DNA of 64,000 nt from an uncultured archaeon (GCA_964610875.1 CAZSWP010000010.1:23764-87763); one strand, 5' to 3'. Shown: positions 49,701 through 59,573, numbered from the stretch's first letter. Translations and numbers: made by a program. The notes: generated by a model not told the origin, from the letters alone.

Positions 49701-50301
49701 CCTGTAGCTGGGTCTCGACTTTCCCAAGGTTTCTCTCGCTCTCATCTAGTTTCTTCAATGCTCGTTCTTTCTGTTCATCATAAGCTGAAATACCTGCAAT
49801 CTCTTCTATGAGTTTGCGCCTATCCTCAGCACTGACCTTTACCATCTGAGCAATCTCGCCTTGAAGAACTAGATTGTAGCCGTTAGGATCTACTCCTATA
49901 CTGCCTAATACATCTAAAACAGTAGAACGAGTAACAACTTTTCCATTGATTCTACATACCGATTTTCCTGACTCATCCAGCTCACGTTCAATAACCACCT
50001 TGTCCGCTTCAACCTGGAGTTTTCTGTCCGTATTATTGAAATGAATTTCGACCACTGCTGCTGTCGCTTTTGGAGGCATGTCTGGTTTTGGTGGTGAGTA
50101 GAGTAGTTCCGAAAAAACATTGGCACGAAGGGTTTTCGCACTCAGTTGGCCAAGTACAAAAAGAATTGCATCAATGACATTTGACTTTCCGGAGCCATTT
50201 GGACCAACTATACATGTAAATCCTTTATTGAGTTTTATTGTAACTTTGTCTCGGCCAAACGACTTGAAGCCTTTGCATACTAGCTTCTCTATGTGGACCA
50301 A
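46711..50301 (-). CDS. smc: Chromosome segregation protein SMC
   Basis: GFKSF, GPNGSGKSN, coiled coils, hinge, MSGGEK, FDEIDAALD. Confidence 0.97.
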   Translation of the reverse strand: MVHIEKLVCKGFKSFGRDKVTIKLNKGFTCIVGPNGSGKSNVIDAILFVLGQLSAKTLRANVFSELLYSPPKPDMPPKATAAVVEIHFNNTDRKLQVEADKVVIERELDESGKSVCRINGKVVTRSTVLDVLGSIGVDPNGYNLVLQGEIAQMVKVSAEDRRKLIEEIAGISAYDEQKERALKKLDESERNLGKVETQLQERRRHLEKLEIDRADALRFNKVKAEIQQVTVDKLAWTIVKSQSRIVTINETLAERAEEADTLTKEFSEVGIGLQETETEIENIDTGIDQITGGDSSRISEQYGLAQAAINHVETDLERARHEYDSQKEEHDALIKQLETVKQQIVSSKTGLEQKESSLESLSKEIEKNSSSLTTLEEQFETEQSNFYENSQRLQELNNQMRSLDEGVSEIRSAIKTDSKELGMAYEEIQDAEESLKKSDVELDGLQAHIPKAEMELEEAESLEKQKQTELDGIVRKLKTIDEETAESARIVSDTREQLIRLQARQDALRDAEEAFLKRKHALARVLELRDTGEIEGIYGTVAELGTIDPEYSIALEIAGGSRLSYVVVEDDDVATSCVEILKRERVGRASFIPLSKIKTRGPGKLPSDGRIIGFAIDLVSFDPKFLPAFEFVFSDTIVTEDFETAKRLGFSRKRAVTLEGDLIEKSGLVTGGHYHKDSSGLSLQVEDNSDEIAEKLVGLENILSGLRTQQTELREKKKELEQEIEILSRTNYRKSLELKGLQERYNEVITRSEGLKQRITTARKTIEQLEVQVEELRERDRELTEHRETVRALRDSANESLATSDASEISQKIRDLKETIEEQKQQRNDLNNEITGLSVALNERLIPKETELEMRVQSMLVMLPSLREEVERLETEYSEKNRDLDHLRDERTRIDDAVKDKRVKQYQLKEHLRNLRFRQEEIREAQTANEKSVYRLQTEQARLENDIVALIAELGTLTDSEMEIEKRRKLEEITYKQIEELEEKIRELEREQEAIGAVNLKALDDYEIEKNKYEEIVEKKTRLELEHKEILAFMEEIEAEKTRKFLIVYNEIADNFSRVFAKLSPGGEATLMLENPEHPLMGGITVRSKPRGKELVSLDAMSGGEKTLTGLALIFAIQMYSPASFYVFDEIDAALDDVNAHNVATLISEMAEASQFVVVSLRDTTVRKADLLVGVSNQDGISKIVSVDLEEVAGTA

Positions 50302-50503
50302 GACATTTTCCCCTTTCAGTTCTACTAGACATCGACAGTATCAAATGGCGTGCCTGTCATACCTAGAGGATACACATTCCTTTATACGGTTGGTATCACC
50401 TGGGTAATACTCAGACATTATCTGTATATGCCTCTATGTATGTGTCAGTAATCGAAGTTCAGCTAAAAAAGGTAGCTGACGCGTACTTCTAGCGACTTAC
50501 TTC

Positions 50504-50869
50504 TTAGTCGACCATATTTACAAGGGCGCGTTTCAAAGCCATGCGAAGTAATCCCATCTGCTCTCTTGCCCCCTCTCCAGCAATAGCTGCAAGAACCATT
50601 TTTTCGTCTCCAAGAATCATAATATATCCCTGTTCTGCAGAGATGCTGACCTCCTTGAGACCTCCCTTATCAATTCCTGCTGCTAGTTTTGAAGAATTAG
50701 TTGCAATTTGAACCGCTAAATCCGCCACCGAGTTGTGTTTTATGTCATCTGTAATAGTATGACCAAAGACTACCTTACCTTTAGCATCACAAACAATCAT
50801 CCCTTCAATATCAGTATTGTCAGCCATTGTTTCAGCAACAATATCTTTGATTTTTGCATCATCAACCAT
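50504..50869 (-). CDS. Roadblock/LC7 protein
   Basis: About 120 aa; I.G..V.D..G, EV.I....G, MGLLR. Confidence 0.8.
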   Translation of the reverse strand: MVDDAKIKDIVAETMADNTDIEGMIVCDAKGKVVFGHTITDDIKHNSVADLAVQIATNSSKLAAGIDKGGLKEVSISAEQGYIMILGDEKMVLAAIAGEGAREQMGLLRMALKRALVNMVD

Positions 50870-51026
50870 TATTTGTCAACCCTTGGGAGGTTCTATCTGA
50901 ATGTGAGGTAGGACTCGTTTATATCTTGTGTGTTAGTTGTATTTTAACTTCTATGTTTTAGAAATTGTATGAAAGTTTATTACTGTACATGAGGAGTCCT
51001 TACCAAATTTTTGGGAGTATAACCAG

Positions 51027-52661
51027 ATGCCCATGTTAAGAACAAGCTCGGAAGCTTTCCCAGCAACAAAGAAGCTTCTGAGTGATATTCCGTATGTCCT
51101 TCGTGTAGAGTTTGGAGAACTCGCACACGACACCACCAAGATTGTAGGAAAGCCTATTGCATGCTTGAATTGTGGCGGCTTCCTAATCAGCGTGGATCAA
51201 ATAAAAGAGGACCCGAAAGTAGGGAAGCATTTCAATTGTCCCTTCTGTGGTACTCTCAATGTAATAACTGGGGAGGTTGTGCTTGCAGGAGAAGACACGG
51301 ACTTTGAAATCGAGCCGCCTCCCGAAACATCAACCGAAACAGATACAGTACAGACTGGCGGCAAGTCCTTTTTAGCGTTGATTGATGTTTCCGGTTCAAT
51401 GTCAGGTGCTAATCTTTCCGCTGTCAAACGAAGCCTGACAACAAGTATTGATAGTCTAGCGGCTAATTCGCCAGATACATATTTTGGTATTATTGAATTC
51501 GAAAGTTCAGTAGTTGCTAGGAATTTAGAAACTGGAGCCCCAATCGAGCTTCCTCGCGACTCCTATGCAAGTTTTGATGCCATTATGGACTCGACAAAGA
51601 ATCTTCTTGACAAAATCAAACTTGTGAAAGTTGGGGATAATCATGACCATCTAAAGAAGCACATTGCTGCTCTACGAGACAAAGGTGGAACTGCGCTTGG
51701 TCCTGCAGTAGCAATGGCGTACATCATAGCAAAACACAGGTCTGTAGGACGTGTTGTACTTTTGACTGATGGGCTTGCAAATGAAGGGATTGGCGCGCTT
51801 GAGGGTTACCAAGTAACACCTGCAACTGACTACTACCAAAATCTCGGAAAGAAGTTCTTGGACCTTGGTACTGCAGTTGATGTTGTTGGTATCGCATCTG
51901 GAGCAGGTATGGAGCTTAAAACATTAGGATTGATGCCGGAAGCAACTGGTGGTCAGATGTACTATGTAACACCCAATGAGCTCGATAGAAGTATGTCCGC
52001 ACTTGCTGGTGCAACCCTTCTAGGTCGTGATGTCGAAGTAAGGCTTGTTACACCACCGGGTGTGAAAATCAAAGACGTCTCCGGTGTTTCTCGGGCTGTG
52101 ATCGATGAACTGACGAAGAAGAGTGAGAGTAAGATTGGTGTTGTCGGAAAAGACCACGAGCTCTATTTCCAAGTGGAGCCTGAGAGTGAGATAAAGGAAG
52201 AAGAACTTCCCATACAGGTACAGATTACTTACACTGATGACGAAGGAGCACGTAGAGTCAGAGCTGTGACGACCAAGCTTAAAGTGGCCAAGAAGGAAGA
52301 AGAAGTCCTTGAAAGTCTAGATCCAACTCTTGGTGCTACTTTTGTCACCCAGAAAGCAGGTGAGGACTCTTTTGCTGGAGGTACCAAGGGTAGAGCAAAA
52401 GGGAAGAAGCGTATTGCTGCATTCCGGTCCGCCCTGCAAAATCATGAATCATCCCTCTCAACTGAGCAGAAAGCCCAAGTTGCAAAAGCAGACAAGGTTC
52501 TTGCCAGCGAAGAAGCAGAGATGGAACGCCTCGATGATGTCATGGAAGAGGCTCCTTCTGGAGCTCCATCTGCAGCGGCAGATGAAGCTTACACAATGGG
52601 TCTGGCACAGATGAGAAAGAGCTCTAAACAGATGTTTGAAGACGAAGAGGATGAAGAATAG
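51027..52661 (+). CDS. Sec23/Sec24-like zinc finger-vWA-beta-sandwich protein
   Basis: CLNC...CPFC...N, DVSGS MIDAS, TALGPA, TDG, TGG, IQVQITYT...G.RRVR.VT. Confidence 0.75.
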   Translation: MPMLRTSSEAFPATKKLLSDIPYVLRVEFGELAHDTTKIVGKPIACLNCGGFLISVDQIKEDPKVGKHFNCPFCGTLNVITGEVVLAGEDTDFEIEPPPETSTETDTVQTGGKSFLALIDVSGSMSGANLSAVKRSLTTSIDSLAANSPDTYFGIIEFESSVVARNLETGAPIELPRDSYASFDAIMDSTKNLLDKIKLVKVGDNHDHLKKHIAALRDKGGTALGPAVAMAYIIAKHRSVGRVVLLTDGLANEGIGALEGYQVTPATDYYQNLGKKFLDLGTAVDVVGIASGAGMELKTLGLMPEATGGQMYYVTPNELDRSMSALAGATLLGRDVEVRLVTPPGVKIKDVSGVSRAVIDELTKKSESKIGVVGKDHELYFQVEPESEIKEEELPIQVQITYTDDEGARRVRAVTTKLKVAKKEEEVLESLDPTLGATFVTQKAGEDSFAGGTKGRAKGKKRIAAFRSALQNHESSLSTEQKAQVAKADKVLASEEAEMERLDDVMEEAPSGAPSAAADEAYTMGLAQMRKSSKQMFEDEEDEE

Positions 52662-52673
52662 GTGTCTTCTATG

Positions 52674-52715
52674 GAGTGGACAGATGCCAGTCTGTACCAC
52701 TCAACTTTATTTTCT
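52674..52715 (+). terminator. Hairpin plus T-rich tract
   Basis: GAGTGG-ACAGA..TCTGT-A-CCACTC then TTTATTTTCT. Confidence 0.6.
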
Positions 52716-52858
52716 ATAGCTTATCTAGACAATACACGACTATAATAGAATGCGCAAAAGGAGATACTTATGCAAAACACATCTCCACAAGTCTAAAATA
52801 GTCAACAGTGCCGTGTAGATTGCAAATGCACAATCGATAGCAGCGGTGGTACCGTAGT

Positions 52859-53158
52859 TTGATAAGTCAAGAAAAGCTACAAACAATCCTTGAAAGGCTC
52901 AGAGCACAAGAAGACGTTCGCGGAGTGGTCGTCACTACTATGGAAGGTCTACCTCTGAGTAGTGACCTTGATGCTGAAACTACGGAAAACGTGGCTGCCA
53001 TCATTACCTCTCTTGTTGGAAAGGCGCTTGATGCAGTTCGAGAACTTCGAGAGGGAGGACTGTCCTTCCTGACTCTGGACACTACAAAGGGTCAGATCAA
53101 TATCGCACCAGAACCAAAAGAGGGCCTTATACTGGTGGTCCTCAAAAATAGCGAATGA
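52859..53158 (+). CDS. Roadblock/LC7 protein (short)
   Basis: VRGVVV...EGLPLSS, AAI.., G. Confidence 0.85.
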   Translation: MISQEKLQTILERLRAQEDVRGVVVTTMEGLPLSSDLDAETTENVAAIITSLVGKALDAVRELREGGLSFLTLDTTKGQINIAPEPKEGLILVVLKNSE

Positions 53159-53171
53159 AGAGGTATATATT

Positions 53172-53636
53172 ATGAGCGATCCAAAAGTCTTCGATAAGAT
53201 TCTCACGGATATCATTCGTCAGGACAAGGGAATAAAGCGTGTCATTCTCGTTGACAAAACTGGTCTGACTATCGCGAATGTGGCTAAGTTGAGCTATTTT
53301 CCTGTAGACACTGATAGCATCGGGGCGATTGCAAGCGCGGTATTCTGTGCAAGCGAAGAACAAGGTAAGAATCTTCAGATTGGAGAACTGGAGATCGTCA
53401 CATCCGAATTTTCAGAGGGCAAGATATTCGCATCCGCCTGTGGAAAAGGAGTACTCTGTGTGGTATCAGAAGCGGAGGTAAATATTGGTATGATCCGACT
53501 TGTGATGAAGAAACAGGGTGTACAGTTAGCAGATGAGCTTGAAAAGTTCCTTGCTGTAGAACCCACCTCGCCAGCCAAAGACGAATTAGATGAGGAAGAC
53601 CTGAAGTCTGCTCTTGCAGAACTCGAGAAGGTCTAG
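53172..53636 (+). CDS. Roadblock/LC7 (MglB-like) protein with an acidic C-terminal helix
   Basis: ILVD.TGL.IA, IGAIASA, NIGMIRL. Confidence 0.85.
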   Translation: MSDPKVFDKILTDIIRQDKGIKRVILVDKTGLTIANVAKLSYFPVDTDSIGAIASAVFCASEEQGKNLQIGELEIVTSEFSEGKIFASACGKGVLCVVSEAEVNIGMIRLVMKKQGVQLADELEKFLAVEPTSPAKDELDEEDLKSALAELEKV

Positions 53637-54131
53637 CCGATTTCCATAGCTAGCCATTTCAGATATCCTGTGCCATAGAATTATTTCTGACTACTTTGAA
53701 CTTGTCTGAGATTATTAGATATATTGGCACCGTTAGGCATCTCGGGAATACAAATTAACGATAAGAAACTGAAGATAAAACAATCTTGTCAGTGTATACG
53801 GGAAAGTAGCACTAAAATTGAAATCGATATTTTTAGTGGACATAATTGAGAAAATCATAGACCTTCCCGCCCCACAAAGGCTTTTATGAGACATGATAAT
53901 TCTAACTCTCAAGACCTTCCTATTCGGGGAATCATAATAAGGTGTGACTTCATCACCGTATTACCCGTACAGCAATTAAAGACTACAAGGAACAAGGTGC
54001 CATCTCGTGAAGGAAAATAATGATTGCATCACGGTTTTCGCTAATACAAAAGATGAGATGGTATCAGGTGAGATAGGACACAACATCTCCATAAAACAAA
54101 CCTCTAAAATTACTAAAGGTGATTTATTCAA

Positions 54132-54695
54132 ATGAGGAAAGATGATAAGGGCCGGATTCACCTCAAGCTGGTATTCTATGGACCCTCCCTCGGGGGCAAA
54201 ACAACAGCCCTTCGCTGGCTCTATGGAAAGGTAGAAGGCCTACAGAAGGGTGAGTTCACAGCTATCGAGGATGAGACAAACCGAACCCTGTTCTTTGACT
54301 ACGTGCCTATGAGTGCTGGAGGAAGGGTTTTATTCGATGTCTTCACAGTAGCGGGACAGAAACGACACAGGCATCAGAGGAAGGTTGTTCTTCAAGGGAC
54401 TGACGGGATTCTCTTCGTTGCGGACTCCTCTCCGGACCAGAGAGAAGAAAATACAGAGAGTTTTGAAGAATTGAAACTGTTCCTTGGTGATGATCTTGGA
54501 CGTAACATTCCGATAGTAGTAATGCTTAACAAACGGGACTTACCTAACAGAATGTCACGGGACGAGATGTTGGACCTACTGGGTCTGGGAAGTAACGTCC
54601 CAATCTACGAAACCATTGCTATTCAGGGCGTCGGTGTCAAACGAGCCTTTCAGGCAATCGCACGAGAAGTCATATTGAAAAGGATGTACAAGTAA
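54132..54695 (+). CDS. MglA-like small GTPase
   Basis: YGPSLGGKTT, RTLFFDY, TVAGQ, FVADS, NKRDL, ETIA. Confidence 0.9.
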   Translation: MRKDDKGRIHLKLVFYGPSLGGKTTALRWLYGKVEGLQKGEFTAIEDETNRTLFFDYVPMSAGGRVLFDVFTVAGQKRHRHQRKVVLQGTDGILFVADSSPDQREENTESFEELKLFLGDDLGRNIPIVVMLNKRDLPNRMSRDEMLDLLGLGSNVPIYETIAIQGVGVKRAFQAIAREVILKRMYK

Positions 54696-54711
54696 AGCCA
54701 AGGTGAGGTAA

Positions 54712-55083
54712 ATGAGTCAATCACGCGGGGACACATTGGAAGGGGTTCTGAACGAACTTCAGGGAAGCATTCCTGAGATTGAGGCATGTGCTATTGTAAG
54801 TGTTGAAGGTCTCCCTATCGTATCGGCTTTGCCTACCGATGTAGATGAGGCAAAAGTCGCAGCTATGACTGCAGCGATGCTCACTCTTGGAGAAAAAGCT
54901 GCAATTGAATTAGGAAAAGGCGAACTAAAACAGGTCATTATTGAAGGAATGAATGGATGGCTTCTTGCGATACAAGCTGGTCTTAATGCGTGCCTCACAG
55001 TATCAACTACTGACCAAGCAAAACTTGGTCTTGTTTTCCTTGACATGAAACGTGCTGCTGAAAAAATCGGCCAAATGATCTAA
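54712..55083 (+). CDS. Roadblock/LC7 protein
   Basis: VSVEGLPI.S, VAAM.AA.L.LG, KLGLVFLD. Confidence 0.9.
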   Translation: MSQSRGDTLEGVLNELQGSIPEIEACAIVSVEGLPIVSALPTDVDEAKVAAMTAAMLTLGEKAAIELGKGELKQVIIEGMNGWLLAIQAGLNACLTVSTTDQAKLGLVFLDMKRAAEKIGQMI

Positions 55084-55161
55084 TTGGTACAGTCATCACA
55101 TAACGCTAACTCTTTAATGAACTCGTACTGTTCTGTAAGATTGACTGGATAGTGAATATGC

Positions 55162-55929
55162 TTGAATCTATCAGGACCAGTATACAGACTCTACGAATGG
55201 TGGCTTCATAGACAGATAGATGAAGAAACCGCACCAAACCATGTTGGTATAATTTTAGATGGAAATAGACGATATGCAAGATATCATGGAGAGGACAAAC
55301 CATGGTTCGGTCACAGAAAGGGCGCCCAGAAGGTCATGGAGGTCCTGAGAATTCTCTGGGAGGCTGGAGTTAAGGTCTGTACCCTCTATGGATTTTCAGT
55401 GGAGAATTTCACTCGCGACTCTGAAGAAGTAACCGAAATAATGGCTATTCTGAAAGAGAAATTTCTAGAGGTTGTAGATAATCGCGACATTCATAAATTC
55501 AAAGTTCAAATCAGAGCGATCGGAAGGACTGACTTATTGCCTGAAGAATTACAAGAGGCAATCGCTGCTGCTGAACAGGAAACACAATCTTACAATGACT
55601 ATGTGCTCAATGTAGCTATCGGGTATTCAGGTCGTGCTGAAGTAGTTGATGCTATGCAAGCAATTGGAACAAAAATCAAAACTGGTGAGATAAGTCCTGA
55701 AGATATTGATGAGGAACTTATAGAAAAGCACCTTTATACAACTCATGTTCCCGACCCCGATTTGATTATACGTACATCTGGAGAGGAACGTCTCTCGGGT
55801 TTTCTTATTTGGCAGTCCGCGTATTCTGAGTTATATTTCGCTCAAGTCTATTGGCCAGCTGTTCGTCGCATTGATATTTGGCGCGCAATCAGATCCTATG
55901 GACGCCGCGCTCGCAGATTTGGTAAGTAA
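55162..55929 (+). CDS. uppS: cis-prenyltransferase (UppS family)
   Basis: ILDGNRR, FS.ENF.R, Y.GR.E, RTSGE.RLSGFL.WQ, R.FG. Confidence 0.95.
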   Translation: MNLSGPVYRLYEWWLHRQIDEETAPNHVGIILDGNRRYARYHGEDKPWFGHRKGAQKVMEVLRILWEAGVKVCTLYGFSVENFTRDSEEVTEIMAILKEKFLEVVDNRDIHKFKVQIRAIGRTDLLPEELQEAIAAAEQETQSYNDYVLNVAIGYSGRAEVVDAMQAIGTKIKTGEISPEDIDEELIEKHLYTTHVPDPDLIIRTSGEERLSGFLIWQSAYSELYFAQVYWPAVRRIDIWRAIRSYGRRARRFGK

Positions 55930-56037
55930 GAACTAGTTGTACAAGAAAAACATGATACAGCGTTTTATACATCTATCCGTACTTGTATCACTGAGTAAGA
56001 GAAATCTAGACCTAAATTGACCTTGGGTGAATCATGA

Positions 56038-57231
56038 ATGGCAAGAACCCCACTTGATGTATACATTGGACTTTCTCAAACACGGCTTGGTGAGGATATA
56101 CATGAAAGAATCCAAGGCATCGCTGAACGATATACTAGTATGGAATTTGCTGGTGATAGGCTTACAACATATCTAAGTAGATTCATAGAGCTATGTAGTC
56201 GTCTGATTGCATACCTTGACTCTCGGTATATTGTTGGACTTGAAGACTTAACAATGTCAATAGATATTCTAGACCACTTCACATCTACCAATAAGTGGTG
56301 GCAAGTGGACAGAAAAGACCCTGGTCTTGTGTTGCGACCCAGAATTCGAAACCCACGAGAATTCATAGAATCCGTATCAAGTGTTTCACTAGGTCCGGAT
56401 ACAAAAAATAGAATCTGTGGAGCAGCTGACAAGATTCAACGATTTCTAGAAGAACAACAAGTAGCAAGCGCAAGTAATCGAAAGCAGCTTACTACAACAC
56501 TCGTGTCAAGTTGGAGTTTACTATCCGGATTCATTGCTAGGAGTCAGGGCAGAAATACGACAACAGAGGGTGATTTTGAATATGCATATGATGTAGTTCG
56601 GTTTCTTCTGTTTTATCTATCATATGAAGAATTCACTGCATTATTAGCAATTAGAAAAATCACTAGTAATAAGAAACTCATAACTGCTTCTTCAATATCA
56701 TTCTCGCTCGGGTTTGAAAAGAAACTAGAGTCGTCAATAGCATGTAAATTAGAAGAACTGCATAGTGAACATCTTACACAGATTACTCCTTCATTACCCA
56801 GTGCATCTAGAAACATCCTCACTAATTCATTAAGGATGCTTGCTCAATTGTACGCTGTGCAGAACGGCATGGACAAGCTTGACGAGGAAGACTACGAGAG
56901 TGCAACAATTGGTGCACTTAAGATACTAGAGAAAGTCAATATATCATCAACTGTATTCAGTGATGAATCATCTGTTGTCAAGTTCTTCAAAAATCTAAGA
57001 ACCACCTCTGAACTGAATGAGAAGCTTGTTCTTTTGATTCGTAGAATGGAAGGTCTTTTCATTTATTCGACAAGAAACAGGGACTTTCTTTTACAACATT
57101 CTCGCTTAATTTCCCGCATTGTTTCTCTCTTACTAGTTCTTGCGGGAAATACCCAATTGACATCAGATGTCTTACAAGACGCTGATCTCAAGAGAGGTCT
57201 GATTCTTTTTAATGATCTTATCAGTGACTAG
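56038..57231 (+). CDS. Hypothetical protein with four internal ~100-aa repeats
   Basis: Four A....R/G...V/T...D...A-type motifs, resembling an AAA-lid or histone fold. Confidence 0.7.
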   Translation: MARTPLDVYIGLSQTRLGEDIHERIQGIAERYTSMEFAGDRLTTYLSRFIELCSRLIAYLDSRYIVGLEDLTMSIDILDHFTSTNKWWQVDRKDPGLVLRPRIRNPREFIESVSSVSLGPDTKNRICGAADKIQRFLEEQQVASASNRKQLTTTLVSSWSLLSGFIARSQGRNTTTEGDFEYAYDVVRFLLFYLSYEEFTALLAIRKITSNKKLITASSISFSLGFEKKLESSIACKLEELHSEHLTQITPSLPSASRNILTNSLRMLAQLYAVQNGMDKLDEEDYESATIGALKILEKVNISSTVFSDESSVVKFFKNLRTTSELNEKLVLLIRRMEGLFIYSTRNRDFLLQHSRLISRIVSLLLVLAGNTQLTSDVLQDADLKRGLILFNDLISD

Positions 57232-57964
57232 CTTCTTCAGGTGCATCAATTAGTATTCTAGCATCTACTACTAGAGCTCCCTTTCCTTTCTCATATACAA
57301 ATGTAGGATTACAATCCAGTTCATTTATTTCAGGATTCTCTTCTACCATTTTAGATACTTTGAGCATAATTTCAACCAATGCATCTACATCTCGTGGTCC
57401 CTGCCCTCGTATTCCGTCAAGAATCTTGGATGCTTTTATTTCCGAAACCATCTCTTTTGCGTCTCTCTCCGTAAGTGGAATCAATCTGAATGTGACATCT
57501 TTTAGCACTTCAACAAAGATTCCACCCAATCCGAACATCAGTGCATGTCCGAACTGAGGGTCTCTAGTTACACCCACTATCACTTCTGTTCCCATGTCTG
57601 CAAAATCACTGATGAAGACCCCACGGCTCAAGTCAACTTCTATTCCTTTCTTATCACCGTATTTCTTTGCATTCTCCATAATCTCATTGAATGCTTTGCG
57701 TACTTCTTCTTCACTCTTTAGATTAATCTTCACTCCACCAGCATCAGATTTGTGAAGAATATCTTTGGATAATATCTTCAAAACTACTGGGAATCCAATC
57801 TTAGCCGATTTCTCAACAGCATCATCTGCTGTTACAGCATTGTCATATGGAGGAATCGGGATGTCATAAGATTTCATAATGTCTTTGGCTTCATGCTCAA
57901 GGACAAAGGATCTCCCCTCTGAGCGTGCAGTTTCAAATATTTTCTTTGCAATCTTCATTACCAA
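57221..57964 (-). CDS. acdB: ADP-forming acetyl-CoA synthetase, beta subunit
   Basis: EHEAK, GFPVVLK, HKSD.GGV, DPQFG, ELDCNP, DAR. Confidence 0.9.
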   Translation of the reverse strand: MVMKIAKKIFETARSEGRSFVLEHEAKDIMKSYDIPIPPYDNAVTADDAVEKSAKIGFPVVLKILSKDILHKSDAGGVKINLKSEEEVRKAFNEIMENAKKYGDKKGIEVDLSRGVFISDFADMGTEVIVGVTRDPQFGHALMFGLGGIFVEVLKDVTFRLIPLTERDAKEMVSEIKASKILDGIRGQGPRDVDALVEIMLKVSKMVEENPEINELDCNPTFVYEKGKGALVVDARILIDAPEEASH

Positions 57965-58032
57965 TCAGACCTCTTGTTCGTGTTTGTCTGTTTCTATTAT
58001 TTATAATCTACTCTTCTGTCTAGAATTAAAAA

Positions 58033-59481
58033 CTAACTGCCAGAATTGACTGTTTTCTTGAACTTGTCACCGTATTTTATCTCACCATAGAGCGCGAGCG
58101 CCTTTGCTGCCAGTGCACCCTTCTCCCCTGTAGCATATGTAGGAACGCCCATGAGTTCCATTATCTCTCCCGCTTTTGTTGTAAATGCTCCGCCCATTGA
58201 GATTACAATGAATGGTTTACCTGAGAGTCTAGCATAATTTGCAATGTTGTTTGTTATCTCCATTCCGAGGCTAGGGGTCTGAAGGAGCATACCCACGACA
58301 AAAATATCGTACTCATCACTGGCAATCGCCTCTTCGAAGACTGCATCATATCGTGACGAATCGGTATCTCCTACAACATCACACGGATTTCCCCATGCAC
58401 AGTATGCAGGCAATCGCTCTTCGAACCTTTTATCCAATTCCTCAGATGGATGTGGAATAGCTAGGTTAAGCGCCTCCAATGCATCTGTAGTCATAACTCC
58501 AAGTCCACCACCATTAGTCACCATTAAAACTCGATCGCCCTTTGCAGGTGGTTGCATGGCAAGAGCTTTGGCCATATCGAACATCTGCTCAAAGTTATCT
58601 GCACGAATAATTCCCGCTTGTTTATATGCGGCATCTGCTACATTGTCTGAACCAGCTAATGAACCTGTATGAGAGCTTGCGGCATCCTTTGCTCGTTGTC
58701 CTCTTCCAGATTTCACCACTAGTACGGGTTTCAGTTTAGTGACAGACTTAGCAGTTTGGAAAAAAGTTCTTCCTTTTCCCGAATCGTAACCTTCAGTGTA
58801 GTAGCATATGACTTGCGTAGTATCATCCTCAGCTAGATAACAAAGGAGGTCATCATCATCAACATCACACTTGTTGCCTAAACTGACTAATTTACTGATA
58901 CCTAATCCAAGTTCAGCCGTCCAGTCAGATATGGCTGCTGCAAATGCGCCTGATTGTGATACAAGTGAGATATTAGCTACATTACTTGGTCTAGGTCTCC
59001 CGCATCGATGTTCAGGAAGAAAGAAGGTGTCGATACGTGAATGGGTGTCTATTACCCCCACACAATTAGGCCCAATTATCCGAATATCGTTTTTCTTTGC
59101 TATTGCTACTATCTCATCTTCTATCTCTGCACCTTTAGGACCTGTTTCTGAAAATCCACCAGATATTATAATTGCTGCCTTACTCCCCTTTGCTGCAATA
59201 TCTTGAAAAACCCTAGGAGTCAGTCTTGCAGGAACAGCTACCACTACAAGGTCCACAGGATCAGGAATGTCTTGAAGAGATGGATAACAGGGCACGCCCA
59301 ATACTGACCTGTATTTTGGATTAACTGCATAAACTTTCCCTGTATATTGAGGTCTTGTGAAGTTTTGAACAATTGCTTGACCAACACTATTGGCACTGGT
59401 TGAGGCACCATAGATTGCTACACTCTTTGCATGAAAGAACGTATCAATTCCTTCAAGATTTTCACACAGCATAACCATCAC
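58033..59481 (-). CDS. acdA: ADP-forming acetyl-CoA synthetase, alpha subunit
   Basis: GAS, GPNC.G, SQSGA, SHTGSLAG (phospho-His), TNGGG, NP.D. Confidence 0.92.
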   Translation of the reverse strand: MMVMLCENLEGIDTFFHAKSVAIYGASTSANSVGQAIVQNFTRPQYTGKVYAVNPKYRSVLGVPCYPSLQDIPDPVDLVVVAVPARLTPRVFQDIAAKGSKAAIIISGGFSETGPKGAEIEDEIVAIAKKNDIRIIGPNCVGVIDTHSRIDTFFLPEHRCGRPRPSNVANISLVSQSGAFAAAISDWTAELGLGISKLVSLGNKCDVDDDDLLCYLAEDDTTQVICYYTEGYDSGKGRTFFQTAKSVTKLKPVLVVKSGRGQRAKDAASSHTGSLAGSDNVADAAYKQAGIIRADNFEQMFDMAKALAMQPPAKGDRVLMVTNGGGLGVMTTDALEALNLAIPHPSEELDKRFEERLPAYCAWGNPCDVVGDTDSSRYDAVFEEAIASDEYDIFVVGMLLQTPSLGMEITNNIANYARLSGKPFIVISMGGAFTTKAGEIMELMGVPTYATGEKGALAAKALALYGEIKYGDKFKKTVNSGS

Positions 59482-59573
59482 CGCGAAGCATAGTCAGTTC
59501 TGCTACATTCCCCTGATGCCGTTGCTCTATACTTGTACGTTTTCATATGGTATCATAATTCTAATAGCCTTAA

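Noticed and set aside
53655-53667. CCATTTCAGATAT, a near match to the island junction motif
   Set aside because: One mismatch falls in the core and there is no evidence of a breakpoint there; compatible with chance.
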